Positions 11,871 through 25,065 of a DNA stretch of 64,000 bases are shown here, one piece after another. Under the pieces are notes generated by a model. That model ran no database searches. It was not told where the DNA came from and saw only the letters and a list, made by a program, of their open reading frames with translations. Positions within the stretch are counted from its first letter, which is position 1. Each line of letters opens with the position of its first letter. The position numbers were made by a program, and so were the translations under genes. Source of the stretch: Mayamaea pseudoterrestris (lineage: Eukaryota); contig BROI01000002.1 of assembly GCA_027923505.1 (NCBI GenBank), forward strand, positions 1,736,001 through 1,800,000, read 5' to 3'.

Positions 11871-13902
11871 TCAGAAGAAATGCATATTTGGATCAAATGG
11901 CTTTGACTCGTTGACCAACGACGACAAAAGCTCGTCAGCGGATGCATGCGCCTCATTCTCATCTGCTTGCTCGTCTTCCGTCACATACGGATCCTCGGAA
12001 AGCGCAGATCCATCATCTGGCCCATTTTCGGCAGCCTCGTTAAATCCCCTATCCAACACTTCATCTTCGTCGGCGGTTGATGACGGCTGCATCGGCTTGC
12101 TGTTGTCTCCCGTCGACCAAAATGAGACTCTCGTAGGTTCCGTCCGCTCCGTAATGGCGTCATCCGATGGTGTGGCAGCTGTCAACTTTGCTGCGCGCTC
12201 GGCTTTTTTCACCTCCAATTCGTCAAGCTCTGCCTCATCGTCAATCGCTCCATCGCGAAAGGCGTCACCAAACGTTTGAAAGATATTTCGGTGCCCTGCT
12301 GGTGCTAGCGGTGTCGCAGGCTTTGGAGATCCTTCCGCGTCCGAGCTCCGCGTGCTACTAAACCACCGCGAGTTATTCGTCGACTCTCCGGCCTGTCCCA
12401 TGCGCTTCATCTCATCTTTCCGGTACTGGAGGTAGCGAGGACGAAGATAGACAAATGCTGCATCAAAGAAAAAGAGCGATTACGTCAAAAGCAATTCTTT
12501 AATGCGCTGAATATGACAACAGGCAAACTCACCATTCCAGAATCCCTGCAACGGAACCAAGAGACAGATCGTGTAAAGCATCTCCCAGTGAACGAATCCA
12601 GTGACTGCCTCGTTGATGCGAGCCGTGACAACAGGAATGTAAGTCACATAGAGCGCTCCAACCTGAATAGTTATAACGAAGGAGTACGCGTAAGCCACGG
12701 CTCTGCCTTTTCATTCACTCGTCACTCACAAAACGATCAACTTACATAAAAATATGACTGACGCGCAAGCCGCTGCGCCACACTGAGCTTGATGACCTGC
12801 GACGGCCGACGCGCCTGCGATGGTCGGCGAATGGAACGTCTTGCTGGTTTTCCATCTCCATCCTCGTTGCTATCGGTGTCAGCAGCATACTCGCTCTCCC
12901 TTCGAGCCGCCATGGATCCCATGGAGAATCGCAGCGTCTGCTTCTCTTGCTGATAGATCGAGTACCAGGTCAAGTACATGTTGATAGTAACAATGAAGAT
13001 GCTCATCAACTTGGGGATGGTGTCGAATCCCCACTGATAGAGCTCAATGTTGTCACCTCGGGTGCAAGTTCCTGGATTATCTTCCGTCGCCTTGTAGGAT
13101 GACACGCAGCCCTCTGTTTTCGAAAAGGGGAGAGGTAAGAGATTTGCGACAGGAGTAACGATCACAAACCTATTGAAGAATGCTCTCAACTTACGAGGAA
13201 ACGGCGCCAACCAGCACTCGAAGAGGCCCGAGTTTAAAAGCTTGAGCGCGAGTGAAGCAATCACGACGGAAATGCCCCAAATCCAGGGAATGCCGTGCAA
13301 CCACTTTTCAACGTTTTGAAGCTGCGACTGGGTCCAACCGTTGCGAATGCGCAGCAAGTAGTAAATGCTGAGACTTCCATTGTACAAGGTTGGTGTCACT
13401 CCAAATAGATTGAACATTCTGTAATGTAATGAGACAGAATGAGTGTCAGCGAGGCATTACAATAGTCGGTCATATTGCTTCGTTTCGAAGAAATTCGATC
13501 TAAGCGTATTCAACATCAAACGACTTCCACCACACCAAAACCGATCGCAACGCCAATTACAACATCTCGTACTCGGACTTACCCTGAAAACGTGCAGCTC
13601 TGAGTGTTTCCAATGTTACCCCACATGTTTGGAGTGTCCTTTGGTGCCAAGAGGGTGCTGAGGACAAAACCAAAGGACATGATCATGTCTGAAATGGACA
13701 TGCCAATCATGAGCCGCTGGTAAATGTGACCCGAGCTTGTCGTGACGGTTCCTCCGCGGCCTCGCTCTCCAGACTTGAGCTGGCGGAGGCAATCGCGGAC
13801 AATGTAACCTGATCCCAGCATGCTGAGCAAGCCAGAAATCTTGGGGGTAATTGCCATGGCAACCATTTGCGCTTGCGTCGGGTTTCCTGTAAACGGAGCC
13901 AT
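11871..13902 (-). CDS. Seven-transmembrane GPCR-like protein; exons 13583-13902, 13195-13418, 12746-13113, 12533-12662, 11871-12457
   Basis: Four GT-AG introns splice in frame; TM motifs SGLLSMLGSGYIV, YQRLMIGMSISD, GNTQSCTFSG, YNGSLSIYYLLRI, EKWLHGIPW, PLQGFWNAFVYLRPR resemble cAMP-receptor/Git3-like GPCRs of diatoms. Confidence 0.85.
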
Positions 13903-14850
13903 GGTTTGTTGCACTTGTTGCTAATCAATTGTAGTAGAGTACTTGTCAACAAGCTTGATTGAGACTGTCGGGCAATTGGGCACAAGGTTGATGCGGGGCC
14001 TCGGTGTTTTTCTTCTGAATGGTGATCCTCCGCTCGTTTGGCTTGTGTGTGATGGCGTCGTCGACACCTTCTCTGCTTGAGCGCCAGTCATTTGAAAGGT
14101 CTTTGCGAGGGTCCAAATGACCGGCGCAATTGAGACGGCACTTCACTGGCATAGCAGAACTGTTGAAGCATGACCGGCGCATAAGTGAAGTCAAATGACT
14201 CGAATCAGGCTTGAATCTTGTTGGTTCGCCAGAATGTCGCGATGTGGAGTCTGAAAAAGTACACTCTACTTTACACTGGCTTTCTATTCCTTTCTTTAAT
14301 CATTGGCTCGAGTTCTTGTCAGGCAATGAGTACCGCGTCATAAACTTCGTGGTAGGAGTCGCACCTTCTACTACTATGCCCCTGCGTCAGACCATGGCTA
14401 ACATCTTCTACTCGAGCTTTGCATTATACTGGTCGATGATGGTAATAGTAGCATAAATGGCAACTGCAACGTTCAATATGGCTCCCGTCTTGTCCAATGT
14501 GTACTTGGAAAAAGCGTTTCGTCCGTTGGAGTCTCGGTACGACGCCCAGAAATTTCATACGGCGGGGCGCGCGCCCGCGCCGTCGCGGACAGTCACCATG
14601 ACTGCGCGCAACAACAACTTCGATGAGGATGGCCCATCGGGACCAAACGAAACGACTATAGCATATCTAACCTTGTCAAGAGACGAAAAGACAAAAGACT
14701 ATAAGAGAGACACTAAATTGCTAGGCAAAATCTGTCGGGATTCTGAATTAGCTGCTCGATTACTGCGCCTGCGCCGACAAGGATCGTTTCGCCGATTGAA
14801 GCAGAATCCATCACGCACAAAGATTTTCGATCCATCAACACGCCCACACC

Positions 14851-17800
14851 ATGCCACTTTGCTCCGTATGCCGTCGCGAAAACCTCAAAAAGTCAGACTT
14901 TTCAACCTCCCAATTAAAGAAAAAGGCGCATGAACGAATCTGCAAACGTTGTCGCACCAACCAAGGCGAGGCACGTGAGGGTCCGCCGGCCGAAACTGCT
15001 CTAGGTTTTGAGGAGGAGCAACAACAAGTATCGCCAAATATATCGCCAAGTCTAGTTGGCATCGATGGTGATGATGATATAGCAATTAGCAAGGAGCTTG
15101 AGGTTGCGGAGATGAGAATTGCAGACGGAGGAGAGTCCATGGCGACTGACAACGATGAGCATTTTGATGCGCTGGTCAAGTCATCGTCGTTTGCCCAGCA
15201 GGCACTCGAAGAAATGCTGGACGACCTGCATGACGATTTCACGCGAGACATTGAACGACAAGAATCTATAGACGAGCAAGAAATGACTGCTGTCGTAGAC
15301 GATATGACGCTGCAGTACGAGGACGAGGAGTTGGAGGCGGACGGCTCGCCAGCGCCACATTTGGACGACGATGATGAAAGTGACGACTCAGTCGAGTCGA
15401 CTGCAGATGCGCAGCATTCAATGGCGGAAGATCTTGATGATGATGATTTTGTTTCCGTGGAAATTCTGACGGCCAAGCATCCAATCATTACACTCAACAA
15501 TCCACTTTCGACTGCTCCGTACGTGCTGCTGCTTTTGGAATCGACAAGAGCTGCTGATCAGTCAATGTTCACGTTAGAAGAGGTGCCTACGACTGCAACT
15601 CTATTGGAAGCGAATCGCATTGAATATGCGACTCTCGGCAAGACTGTGGATTCAGCGACTGCCAAGAGGCTCATGGCCGGCCACAGGAAACGTCAATATC
15701 CACTCTTGTTTTGCCAAGTTGGGCAATACGTGCAGTACGTTTGCGATGCCAGCCAAGTGCAACAACTTTGTGAACGAAACAAGCTAAGCGACATTTTGTT
15801 TGAACGGCGGGAAGCCTTGGCAGACTATGTTGAAACGATCGAAACTGCTGCTACCGAGGATGAGCAAGACGAGGCGTGTCAGTCTCCGAAGAATGTTTGG
15901 GACAGTTTTAGCGAATCCTTGTCATCCGTCGGCCGCGCCGCAAGTCCCGTGCAGCATTTAGTGCCAAATGAACTCGATGCGAATGCAAACATGGAGGTGC
16001 TTGGCGAAGAAGGCTTGGCAGCACAGAGTGGTAATGTTGATGAAGGTGATCTCGGAGTTGTGGAAATGTCGACGACATTACAAGCAGCTGCGGCCGAACC
16101 ATCAACTGCTCTTGCATCATCGTATTCGACAAAGATGAATCGTGAGTCGAACGATGGAGAGGAAAAGGCTGTTGACACTTCCATGGAGTCGTTCATGACG
16201 GCTAACGAAAGCGAACAAACAGTAGCGTCGGAGCACGAGAGGCCTAGCGAATTTACCACTCTGGACGAAGCGGACAATGATGGATCCGCTGTAGCTATGT
16301 CGTCCAACGTCTCCCAGATAGAACTTGGTTCGGATATGGCCATTTTGGAGACGTTGCAGGTCGCGAACCTGAATACACCTACATCTAGCACCATGCTCAT
16401 GGCAGATTCTCGCACTGACGTCGACGGCAGCATCAGCGAGGTGAACGAAGCGGGAGAGGAAGATGCCACGCATGTGCCTAGCTTTTCGGAAACACCAGTC
16501 AGCAAGCTAGTAGCGGGAGACCAGAGCTTTTCCAGTTTCATTGCTAAGAACAACAATGAACTGCCTGTCGAGCAAATCGGCCAAGGAAGCGCAATCACGG
16601 GCAGTTTACATGTTATTGACCGCGACGGCAGCGCTTCAGTGCATGAAGAGCCAGGGAACTTGATGGATATGTCAAGCGAATTGCGTGAAAAGGCTGAGTC
16701 GTCCTTGACGCAACTAGCAACTGGTGCGAAAAGTGCGAGCCACGATGGAAGCACAAGCCTGCCCACCGTAATCAATGATTTTAATGACTCTGGTCATGTT
16801 GTGCATAATCTTGTAAATGGCGCACCTCGTGATACAGAAATCGAACGAACGAGCATTCGAGACATGAAAACTACCAGCGCGGATAGTTCTACTTGCCCCC
16901 TTGAAGCTGAGCAACAACTGGGATCGCCTGTCGATTTCAAAGTCAGCTTGCTTCCGATACATGATACCGATGACAGTCAAGAAGTATCTGCAATATCCGA
17001 GCTCAAGCAGACTCCCACGCTTATCGATTCATCAGTTCAAGAACAATTTGCAGTTGTAGAACAGGCTCATAAGGTCGGCTTTAATTCTGCTTCTGGAGAC
17101 AAGAGAACGATAAACATTTCCGACGCAAGTGGTGTCGAACTACCAGCCAATGAGCCCCTGATCGGGCTAATGACTGTTGAGGAAAGAGCGGCTGGTTTCA
17201 GCCCCCCACAATCCTCCATGGCAGCGATTGAATCAACTGGAGCGCTAGCGATTGACGATGCGGAAGACGAGAGACCTCCACAAGGCAACAAAGCGACTGA
17301 TCTAACTCGAGTTGATCTACCGGTAGAAGGGACATTTTTATCTAATCGAATGCAAAATGTAGACGGATTGGAAGAATCGAGTGTTATGCACTCCATGCTC
17401 GATGGGGAAGATGGATCTTTTGTCGAATATGATTCTCCAACAGCGGCGCCCTTTTCTAGTGTCGAGGACGGCGTTGCAATGGACAAAAAGCGTGAGAATG
17501 GAGTACGCAATGTTACACCTGACTCATCCTTCTTATTTGAAACAGAAACGAAGGACTCGTCGGCGTCGTCAGTCAATGTCGATCGTTCGGAAACTTTGTC
17601 GAGGGCATCAGTGATTGTCGGTGATGGGACCGTATCTACACAAGAGACCGAAAACTATGAGCTGATAAGGGAACGCGTCTCTCCGACTGTCGGATCAGGC
17701 CTTCCTATTGCATTAACGCATGAACCAGGATTAAAAGAATCAAGTGACCTGGGTTTATCAAAACCAAAGCTGAATGCGTACCTTGATGCAGCTTCAAAAT

Positions 17801-20800
17801 CCACTTCGGTTCCTGTAAAGTCAAATGGGAAGCCAATAGAACTCGGTACTAGCGCATCTAAATTGCGGATGATGTACTTGAACGCTGTTAGTCACGAAGA
17901 CGAGGACACAAAGCCAAATGTGAAAACTGTTAGTCTTGATATCGATATCAAAGCTCAAAAGGAGAAATACAATAATTCTTTGACGCGAAAGCACGAAAAT
18001 ACGAAAAAAGTCGATGGTCTGGAGTTAGGTGGCATCTCCAAGTCAAAGGAAGCGTACTTGGCTCGGGCGAGGAAGGACTACGACCCAGCATCAGTCCTTA
18101 TGCCGGAGCGTGAGCCTGTTTTGTCCAGAAATTGGAAAGAAAGTAGAAAAAGAAAGGACTCCGCTGACGTGGGAAGCGTTTTGAAAGAGATCGACGTAGT
18201 AGACCCGGCGCATCCGTTAGAGGAGACGAAACGAAGCAGACTATCTATTGTGTTGACACCGGACGATTTGAAAGAAAAGGCTCGACTTGAGGCTGAAGAA
18301 AAAGAAAGGTTCGAAGCTCTTGAGCGAGAGCGGAAGCAAGTTGAAGAACAAGCCCGTCGAAATGCGGAAGAAAAGGATCGACTGGTTCACGAAGAACGAT
18401 TAAGACTGGCAGCAGAGGCTAGGTCAAGGCGAGAAGCTGAAGAAAAGGAGCGTTTGGAAGCTATTGAGACTATCCGTCGCAATATTGACGAACGAGCAAG
18501 AACCGACGCAGAAAGGCGAGCGTGGCATGAAACGCGAGTTAGAGAGAAAAGAAAAGCAGAAGAGGAAGAGTTTCGTCTGACAGAAGAAGCTCAGCGTCAG
18601 CTTGCTGAAGAGATGAGCCGAATAGCTGCCGAGCAACGCGCACGCTTTGAAGCTGACGATCAGCTACGACGAAAGGCTGTAGCTAAGGATCGAGATATAG
18701 AGCGGCTACAAACAGAAATTGAGGCCATTGAATCAAAGCTTACAGAAAGAAATGCAGAGGCAGCGCATGCACGGAAAAAGAGAGTTAGAATGCGGAAGAG
18801 ATGGATCCAGAAGTCCTCGGTCCCTGCGAATGATGAGAAAGTTGTTTCCGAGGTTCTGTCAGAAAATGCGTTGGCTGATTCGCAAGCGGAGGACGATAAA
18901 GCTACAAATGACGTGTTCGGGCAGCAAGAGTCGTCACCATTAGGAGCGAAATTGAAGGAAGAGAGTTTGTTTCAGGCCAACGACGCCGTAGTAGACGACA
19001 TGCCCGAACAGCTCGAACTCCGTGCAGGTTTTGCGCTCGTGCACCAGATATGTGATGAGCAGTCAAACGATCTCCAGAATGATAACCAACGCATAAGAAG
19101 CCCGCCTCGCAAGGACAAGGTACCCGAAAATTTAGCGCCCGCTCTCGAAGAAGATTTATTTGGCGACGATCATGAATTGCATGCATATGAAACGCCTCTC
19201 TGTGCGGGCGACGAGCGAGGTACCGGTATGTTGGAAGACGAGCAATCTAAACAATATGAAGACGAAGGTAGTGAAGCTAAAGATGATGGAAATGCTCGCG
19301 CTCGAATGAACGACTGGGATGAACAGGAATACGTTCGACCGGCATCCTCGACATCAAATGCCATCCCGTCCGCGCAAAGTTCTGTTTCCACTGAATTGGT
19401 GTCAAATGTCGTTCGAAAGCACCAAACATTTACGCCATCTGATGATTTGTCCGGTGTGAGCGACTTAGCAGTTATGATGTCGGACGAGTTGTCTGATGAT
19501 AGCGACCTTGAATTAGACGATGCCATGACAGAACTATCTGAACATCTGGCGGCGGAGCATTTCTCTGAAAAACAAAGTCCTACAGAAATTGAGCCAACGA
19601 AATTTTTAATTGATTCCGCGGCTCTTAGCCAGTCAATCCCTCGCATGTCCCATAATCTAGAACGATTTCGCGTTGTGCAGCCTGGTGGTATGCAGAAAGG
19701 GCAACCTGTGTCTCCTGTTCCTCCCTACAAAGAAGACGAGATGAAAGGACCCTTATCCCGAGCCCCAATTTCCGCGGCTTCTTCCATTTCCGGAGTAGAC
19801 CTTGACCAAATGTCGCCAGAGAGTATTCTTCGTGACATCGAAGAAGGCATTAATACTGAATCAATCCAATCGGTTGATGATTTCGCTGTTAAGGAAGTCT
19901 ATACGGATGCGAACTCGAAACGAATGAGTTGCGGAAACCGAACAAAGCTACTTTTGTGCATCTTGCTTGCATTAATTGTCCTTATGATCGGTCTGCTGGT
20001 GGGTCTTGGAAGGCGCAACAACCAGTTTGACAGTACTTCGGTGGCGTCCACGACGGTGCCATCGACTATGCTGCCTACAAACTCTCCGACGATGTCTAGG
20101 TTGAGCGACATAGAAGCCTTTCGAGCAAGCCTGCCTGCTTATACTGTCACATCCATCGCCGTGTCGGGCACACCTCAAAAGCTAGCATACGACTGGATTA
20201 CGTCTGAGCCATCCTTCACGAGATATTCTCCCCAGCAACGACTATCTCGTTTTGCCTTATCAACATTCTATTACGCAACGGGTGGTGATGATTGGTACAA
20301 CAACAGTGGCTGGCTGACTGAATTGAGCGAATGCGACTGGTACACGGAGAATAAAAGCAACTGCATCGAAAGTGATGTCACTTACCTACAATTAGGCAAC
20401 AACAACCTCGTTGGCTCATTGCCGGAGGAGATCGGATTGCTCTCCACCCTGTTGGCATTTCAAGCGGATGGCAATACAAACCTGAAGGGTACCTTGCCGA
20501 CAAACATTGGGTACCTCCAGCAGCTTTACTGGCTTGGTTTAAACGGCAATGGTCTCACAGGCGTAAGTTTACGATTCACATGCACATTGCCAAAAAGCGT
20601 TCCCTACCTTTCTCACACCTTTTAACGATCGATTATGCATTACGTAGTCGCTGCCGTCACAATTGGGATCACTAAGTGCGCTGCTGATTCTCGATTTGGA
20701 ACAAAATTCGTTTCGTGGAACCATTCCGTCCGAGTTGAGCAAATTATCGCAACTAGACAAGCTCTTTCTAAACGAGAATGCCCTATCCGGCAATCTCCCA

Positions 20801-21274
20801 ACGGCAGTCGGCGAGCTAGCCGCATTGCGATATCTGGATCTTGGGCAAAATTTGCTGCAAGGGTCATTTTCCAATTCATTTATCAAGCAAACAGAAGGGT
20901 TTGTCTTGTTTTCGGTCGAGGAGAACATTCTTATTGGAGGCTTGTCACAGGATAAGCTATGGAAAAGTTTGGCGCTTGCTGAAACGATTCATCTAGGGTC
21001 GAACCAATTTGCTGGCACAATTCCTGGGCTTTTAATGAGCAAATACTTGCAGAATGTCGTCGATTTGGATTTTTACGGAAACGAGCTGACTGGCACTGTG
21101 CCTTCTGAGCTAGGGTTGCTTCCAAAGACTTTGGAGAATTTATCGCTGGGACGCAACAAACTTGTTGGGAGTGTGCCTCGGGAACTTTGTCGACTCATCA
21201 AAAAGCGAGGAGTCGTGGTCACCATCGACTGCGAGACGGTCAAATGTGATTGTGGATGCGCATGTGCCCTGTAG
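14851..21274 (+). CDS. Large single-pass membrane protein: N-terminal Cys4 finger, long acidic region, coiled coil, TM helix, C-terminal leucine-rich repeats; intron 20563-20647
   Basis: 1924-aa ORF joined through a GTAAGT..TAG intron (GLTG|SLPSQLG) to the LRR ORF; TM LLLCILLALIVLMIGLLVGLG; LRR N-cap RFALSTFYYATGGDDW..ECDW; LxLxxNxLxGxIPxELG repeats; CDCGCAC end. Confidence 0.88.
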
Positions 21275-21381
21275 ACGCATTTTATTATAGTGTATTTCTA
21301 TATGTATTAATGCATGTGGTTATTAGTATGACTATCAAAAGTGTGAAGTCTCCACATTATTCCGCGAATACGCACGCCGAT

Positions 21382-22860
21382 TCAAACAGACGCAGTTGGA
21401 AAGGACAGACTATCATATTCACCTTCGTAATCTTGCTGTTCAAGCGGCTTGGTCTGGTACAGCAAAAGCCCTTCTGGTTGCAGCTGCTGCTGCGCAAACG
21501 TAAGTTGCGCTTGCTGGTTTAATTCTTCATCCGTGAGCTGCTGCTGCTGCTGCTGTTGTTGTTGTTGCTGAAACGACGTCAATGGTTCTGTCGTTGTCAT
21601 TTTCCCATGCAACTGCTGCTGCAACGATGCGCGGGCTTGCTCCGCGTCTCGCAAGGCTTTGGCAAGTGCCGAGTCGGTTGGCCAAGCGATTCCTTGTTGC
21701 TGCTGCTGCTGCTGCTGCATTGGTGTCGTTGGCCATGTTTTAGCTTGTTGCACTAGTTGCTGCTGCTGCTGCTGCTGCTGCTGATACAATACTTCTGTCG
21801 TCGTCGGCAATGGTTGATGGTTCTGCACTAGTTGCTGGTGCAAGTGTTGCATCTGCTTTTGTTCTTGATCAACCTTGAACTGCGCCATGGCCAAATCGGC
21901 TTGCGTTTGCAAAGTATTTGGCGCCAATCGCGTTGGAGTCAATCTTGATGGCAGCTTTGAATTCATTCGTCGCTTCTTGTTCAATGGCTGCGGCTCGTCG
22001 CATGCTGCTGGCGCCGCTGTTGGCTGCTGCTGCTCCAGCCACTTTGACGCGGCGCAAACGCGCTCACGCTCCCGCTGGCCACGTTCCAGTAGCTCGCGCA
22101 CGTTGCAGCAAGCACTTGGCGCCGTGTAGAGTGGCGTCGTTTCTGGTTTCTTGCCGCGGCCCAGCTGCTTAGCGGCGGCAGTTGTGTCGTGATTGTCGTT
22201 TGGAGAGGCTACTGCGGCGCGAGCTGCAGCTGATTCCACTTGCCGCAGCGCTGAATGACCAGTCGCCGCGGGGGATGATCCTGTAGCAGCGGCTGCTCCT
22301 GCTGCACTACCAGTTTCCATGGATACACTAGCACTATCGCTATTTGCGTCTGCTGGCTGCTCCTCCACTGTTACCTGCTTTTCATCATTATTCAGTTGCT
22401 GCAGTTTTGTCGCATGCGAAACATCCAGTCGCTTTCCAATCGGCACGAGGCGCGAGTGCAGCAGCCACAGATACGTGGACGCCAGTTGCAGTCGCCCCAG
22501 TTGCTGCGCCTCCATGGCTGCCTGCAGGAGCGTTTCGCACTCGGCCAAGATGCAGTCGTAGGTATTGGTGGTGGCCAACAGGCCGGAGGGAATACTGGCG
22601 GCGGCAGCCTTGGAGGAGCGGAGTAAATCTGATGTTAGTAAGCTACTGGAGACTTGCGTGACTGTACTCTTGGGAGTTGGCTTGTGAATTCTCTTCTTTT
22701 TCGTTCTTGTTGTAGCTGCTGTTGTTGCGGCAATGGGTGAACTCGACGCATGAGCCGGCAGTGGCGGCGGTAACGGATTTGCTGCACTTGTATAAGCGGC
22801 ATTGGTAGCATTCGCTGATGATCTGTTTGGTTGCTGCATTGAAAGAGGTAAAGAAGACAT
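21382..22860 (-). CDS. Hypothetical Gln/Ala-rich protein with several polyQ tracts; probable start ATG 22860
   Basis: Long ORF with a structured-looking core YDCILAECETLLQAAMEAQQLGRLQLASTYLWLLHSRLV; function not recognised. Confidence 0.7.
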   Translation of the reverse strand: MSSLPLSMQQPNRSSANATNAAYTSAANPLPPPLPAHASSSPIAATTAATTRTKKKRIHKPTPKSTVTQVSSSLLTSDLLRSSKAAAASIPSGLLATTNTYDCILAECETLLQAAMEAQQLGRLQLASTYLWLLHSRLVPIGKRLDVSHATKLQQLNNDEKQVTVEEQPADANSDSASVSMETGSAAGAAAATGSSPAATGHSALRQVESAAARAAVASPNDNHDTTAAAKQLGRGKKPETTPLYTAPSACCNVRELLERGQRERERVCAASKWLEQQQPTAAPAACDEPQPLNKKRRMNSKLPSRLTPTRLAPNTLQTQADLAMAQFKVDQEQKQMQHLHQQLVQNHQPLPTTTEVLYQQQQQQQQQLVQQAKTWPTTPMQQQQQQQQGIAWPTDSALAKALRDAEQARASLQQQLHGKMTTTEPLTSFQQQQQQQQQQQLTDEELNQQAQLTFAQQQLQPEGLLLYQTKPLEQQDYEGEYDSLSFPTASV

Positions 22861-23151
22861 GATGGATTGTAGAATGAGCTTGTAAAGTTTGAACGACGAA
22901 GCGGCGATTTCTCCATGGCCGACGACGCAAACCGCGTTGTCGCGGTCGAGTCGACAGTGTATGTCGTACCGGTGGAAATTACTGTGTACTGTTTGATCCA
23001 CAGTGCCAATAACTTTGAAAATCAAAGGTTTTGGTACTACTATATGAAGCATAGTCTTGGATTTCAAAGTTTTTGGCAGTACATTCTGGAAGATAGTAAA
23101 AAGGCGCCATGCTCGTGATCACTTCGAGCCTCACTTCTTTGACAATCCACC

Positions 23152-24849
23152 ATGGGAAGGATCTTTAACAGCCAAAGCCTTTGGGTGGCAACCCTTTTAC
23201 ACTCGCTACTGGTTATCAATTCCTTCTCACCTTTAACTTTATTGCCTGTACGAAATTCTGGCGCTCGAGCAGTAACGACATCATGTCGAATCAGCCCGCA
23301 AAAACATTCACCCTTGGCAGCATTGACAACCTCTATACACATCCATGCGACAAGGCAGCCTTCTAGACTTCAATTGAGCGCGCAACAAGATGCTTTTTCA
23401 TCTACTTCAACTACTTCAGCATTGAAATTCCAACTAGAAGACTCCCAAGTTGACTTTTGCAGAGGCTACTTGAACAAGCACCATGCCGACTTTTTACTCA
23501 AGATTGTCGAATTCTTTTCGCCACTGGGAGCCGAAATGGCAAACGCCAATGTTTGGAGCGGAAGCAGCTACATTTTGGAGGATGCGAAGATTATAGACTT
23601 GTCGTGTGATCAAATGCACCTGCAGGTGAATATTGTGAGGCGAAACAAGGAGCGAACGACGGAAACGGTGCTGATTGACATGAATGCCGATCCGATTCCT
23701 CAAAAGATGCGATCCATCTCCCAACTACTTCCGCCTGTACCAGACTACGCGAATCAGCTGCCCATTGACGTTTGGACGCGACGCCTGGTCCGCTTTTGCT
23801 GGATGCTTCCGTCGCAGTATGCGCCAGTCACTGGCAAAATCCTGCAACTGGCCCTGCAGCTCGGTGGATCACACTTGCACAAGCTCCGGGAAAACTTGTA
23901 CTTGAATCAGGTTCCACACAATGTGTATGTGAGACAATACTTTTACGACATGGCCAAGGATGCCGTCGTTGAAGCAGTCTTGTCGGTGCGAGCCAAATAT
24001 AAGGCAACTAGTGACAATGCAAACATTGACGCAACGTCAGCAACAAACGTTCCATTCTACTTTTCCTCCAACCGCCTCTTGGTCACGTGTCAGTTTCCCG
24101 AACTCAACACATCCATGGACTCGTACCGGATTGGCACCTTGCTCGAGCTGGTGCGCACCATGGCACTCGCGCTCGCGACGCAGCATGGGTTGCGGGTGCG
24201 CGTCTGCGTGCAGGGCAGCATGGGGGTTGGCATTTTCACGGGAACGCCAAAGTCGCTGAGTGGCGTCCAAATGCTGCTGCAGCGCATGGATTGGCAGAGT
24301 CTACAAGGTGAAACGCATGAAGGTATTGTTGGAACGTTAATCAACTTTGGAGGCGTCGGGCCGGAGCATGTAGTTGATGAATTGGTGGATCCAAAGGATG
24401 GAACTGTGTTGCAGCATGCCGATGACGTTTTTATTCTCTTGTGTCCGCAAAGCATGGTGGGCATTGACTGTAGCATTACGCCGCTATTGGAGCAAATGGT
24501 GAATAAGGCTGGAGATCGACCCGTCATATTAGTGAATCCGGACTTGGTGGACAAGCCATCGTCGGCTGGCCAGCAGAGTGTGCGAGGTCGCCAGGCGCGC
24601 CTTGATTTTGCGTCGTCGTTTGAAACAGCATTTTGCTTTCAAAATGTATACATTTCCGGAACATCATACTTTCCAATCCTTGGCGCAGTGACCAAGCTGC
24701 ACCCGGCGGAGCCTTGGATTGCGCATCAGCGGCGAGACTACTTGGAGAATGATGCTGACGATGACAGCAAAGGAGAAGTGTACGTTCCAGTTTTGGCGAG
24801 CGAGACGAGACCGACGGGAGAAGCAATCCTGGAAGCTTTTGGACGATGA
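23152..24849 (+). CDS. Probably plastid-targeted DUF1995-like protein (565 aa)
   Basis: Signal peptide ending VINS-F; FPELNTSMDSYRIGTLLELVR, VRVCVQGSMGVGIFTG.PKSL.GV, RPVILVNPDLVD.PS motifs. Confidence 0.75.
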   Translation: MGRIFNSQSLWVATLLHSLLVINSFSPLTLLPVRNSGARAVTTSCRISPQKHSPLAALTTSIHIHATRQPSRLQLSAQQDAFSSTSTTSALKFQLEDSQVDFCRGYLNKHHADFLLKIVEFFSPLGAEMANANVWSGSSYILEDAKIIDLSCDQMHLQVNIVRRNKERTTETVLIDMNADPIPQKMRSISQLLPPVPDYANQLPIDVWTRRLVRFCWMLPSQYAPVTGKILQLALQLGGSHLHKLRENLYLNQVPHNVYVRQYFYDMAKDAVVEAVLSVRAKYKATSDNANIDATSATNVPFYFSSNRLLVTCQFPELNTSMDSYRIGTLLELVRTMALALATQHGLRVRVCVQGSMGVGIFTGTPKSLSGVQMLLQRMDWQSLQGETHEGIVGTLINFGGVGPEHVVDELVDPKDGTVLQHADDVFILLCPQSMVGIDCSITPLLEQMVNKAGDRPVILVNPDLVDKPSSAGQQSVRGRQARLDFASSFETAFCFQNVYISGTSYFPILGAVTKLHPAEPWIAHQRRDYLENDADDDSKGEVYVPVLASETRPTGEAILEAFGR

Positions 24850-25065
24850 TAGTCTATAAAAAGCTACAGACGTTCAGATGAGAAACGACAAAGTATATAT
24901 AATTGTTTTTCTCTACATGAATAATGCAAGTACATGTTACATTTGGGGCTGAATTTGTCCATGTGCCCAAACACTCTCTATCATATGCATCTCCCGCGCC
25001 AATTTCCATCAAAGTCGGCAGGCCACCATTCTTCATTTCCCTTGCTTTCGCTCTCAGTGCGCAGA

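Noticed and set aside
14457..14933. 158-aa ORF upstream of the LRR gene
   Set aside because: No recognisable features; it overlaps the probable promoter and start of the long ORF in another frame
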